64,000 nucleotides of DNA, from the NCBI RefSeq assembly GCF_000143415.4, contig NW_003314265.1:2150777-2214776 (forward strand), written 5' to 3'. A program made the translations under genes and the position numbers. The notes beneath the pieces are model-generated. The model saw nothing but the letters and a program-made list of their open reading frames with translations, did no database searches and had not been told where the DNA came from. Of the stretch, positions 62,201 to 64,000 are shown one piece after another (position 1 is the first letter of the stretch; the number at the start of each line of letters is the position of its first letter). Origin of the DNA: Selaginella moellendorffii. Lineage: Eukaryota; Plantae; Lycopodiophyta.

Positions 62201-64000
62201 ATATCTATTTGAAATACATGATATTTAAAATACCGTTGTCTTCTTGCAGGTGCTCACCGATACACACCCGAAAGTTCAAGCAGCGGCTCAAACTGCTTTA
62301 CAGCAGGTTGCTACTTCTTCTTAATTTGTTTTCTTTTTTCTAAGGTGATTTGCCTGTTAACAAGGTGGGAAGTGTCATAAAGAATCCGGAGATTTCGGCG
62401 CTTGTTCCTTTACTGCTAGTTGGAATTTCGGATCCGAATGAACACACAAAATCTTCTCTTGATGCGCTATTACAGGTACATTTGACTTCCTTGTTTCTTT
62501 GACGAACATTAGTGCACTGCAGACAATATTTGTTAATACCGTGGATGCTCCGGCCTTGGCTCTTGTGGTCCCTATTGTTCATCGCGGTTTAAGAGAGCGA
62601 AGTTCGGAGACGAAGAAAAAGGCCGCTCAGATAGTTGGAAACATGTGCTCCTTGGTTACTGATTATAAAGATATGCTTCCATACATGCTATTACTGCTTC
62701 CGGAGGTCAAAAAGGTTCTTGTGAAACGCATTGAACTTTCGCTATCTAATCTGCGGTTTTCCAGGTTTTAGTGGACCCGATTCCTGAAGTTCGTTCTGTT
62801 GCTGCAAAAGCTCTTGGCTCCCTTACCAAGGGTATGGGAGATGACAACTTTCCATCACTAGTGCCGTGGCTTCTTGAGACGTTGAAGTCTGAAAATAGTA
62901 GTGTCGAAAGATCTGGGGCTGCTCAAGGCTTGAGCGAAGTTTTGGCTGCGTTAGGCATGGATTATTTCGACAAGCTTCTACCGGATATCATAGAAAATNN
63001 NNNNNNNNNNNNNNNNNNNNNNNNNNNNNNNNNNNNNNNNNNNNNNNNNNNNNNNNNNNNNNNNNNNNNNNNNNNNNNNNNNNNNNNNNNNNNNNNNNAT
63101 CTCACGTTATTTAAGGTAACTTGTTCTGCATCATTTGAGTCTCTTCATCTTTTCGTATTTTGCAGTATCTGCCGAGCTCCCTTGGTTTATCGTTTCAGAC
63201 TTATCTGCCTCGTGTTTTACCAGCTATTCTAGACGGTGGGATCTCCTTCTTTGCAATTTGTAATCTAATGTTCTCTTCATTTCAGGACTGGCCGACGAAA
63301 ATGAATCGGTCCGTGACGCGGCATTGAGTGCCGGACACGTTTTTGTCGAACACTATGCAACAACGTATTTTAATTTTTATCACGATATCGTTTTGAAACT
63401 CTATCCATTTTCAGGTCATTACCTCAACTCCTTCCTGCTGTTGAGGAAGGGATTTTTCATGATAATTGGCGGATATGACAGAGTTCCGTTGAGCTTCTTG
63501 GAGACCTTCTCTTCAGGTGATATTCTTCTTCTTCAGTTTTTTTTATAAAATTATCCTCCTTAGGTGGCCGGGACGTCTGGGAAAGTTGTATTGGAAGGAG
63601 GAAGTGACGATGAAGGAGCAAGCACCGAAGCCCATGGCCGTGCCATTGTGGACATTTTGGGAAGTCAGCGCCGGAACGAAATTTTGGCTGCTCTATATAT
63701 GCTTCGGTCGGATGTTGGTATGACGGTTCGACAGGTATTGTGATTCCTAGGCTTGATGAGAAGAAGTCAAGTGATGATTGATGTTCTTACAGGCAGCTTT
63801 GCACGTCTGGAAAACAGTGGTTGCGAACACCCCAAAGACTTTAAAAGAAATAATGCCGGTTCTTATGAGCACACTCATATCATCTCTCGCGTCATCATCT
63901 GCTGAACGCCGTCAGGTGCTTTTCAAGTTGCTAGAGGAGGTTGATTTTACGTTTGAAATTACAGGTTGCAGGTCGATCTTTAGGGGAGCTAGTTCGAAAA
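56235..64000 (+). CDS. GCN1: GCN1/ILITYHIA HEAT-repeat protein (many exons, continues beyond window)
   Basis: [92 protein letters not shown]. Confidence 0.95.
62999..63098. other. Assembly gap (run of N)
   Basis: About 100 N inside GCN1. Confidence 1.

Overview
Eukaryotic land-plant nuclear DNA. The ~45-65 nt introns, PLS-class PPR genes and intron-containing tRNA-Met suggest the lycophyte Selaginella (inference). Left ~36 kb is a rearranged accessory region. It holds three copies of a TORNADO1-like LRR-Roc-COR (Roco) gene: one apparently intact (~1215 aa), one split by a 10.5-kb Ty3/gypsy LTR element, and one 5'-truncated. Copies 1 and 2 each sit head-to-head with a duplicated chimeric CDKG-PrfB-APE2 pseudogene string. 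The region also contains a pogo/Fot1-like transposon, a TIR element with a 5-bp TSD, and DEP1, BAHD and germin pseudogenes. Right ~27 kb is a compact housekeeping block: orphan ORF, beta-carbonic anhydrase, RAD21/REC8 kleisin, PHO1-like SPX-EXS, galacturonokinase, two PPR genes, ACHT thioredoxin, tRNA-Met, PH-domain gene, and GCN1/ILITYHIA running off the end. The best candidate for an undescribed system is the Roco cluster. Its LRR substitutions concentrate on predicted exposed beta-strand positions, resembling a diversifying, NLR-like receptor family. All calls are by eye; no searches were run.
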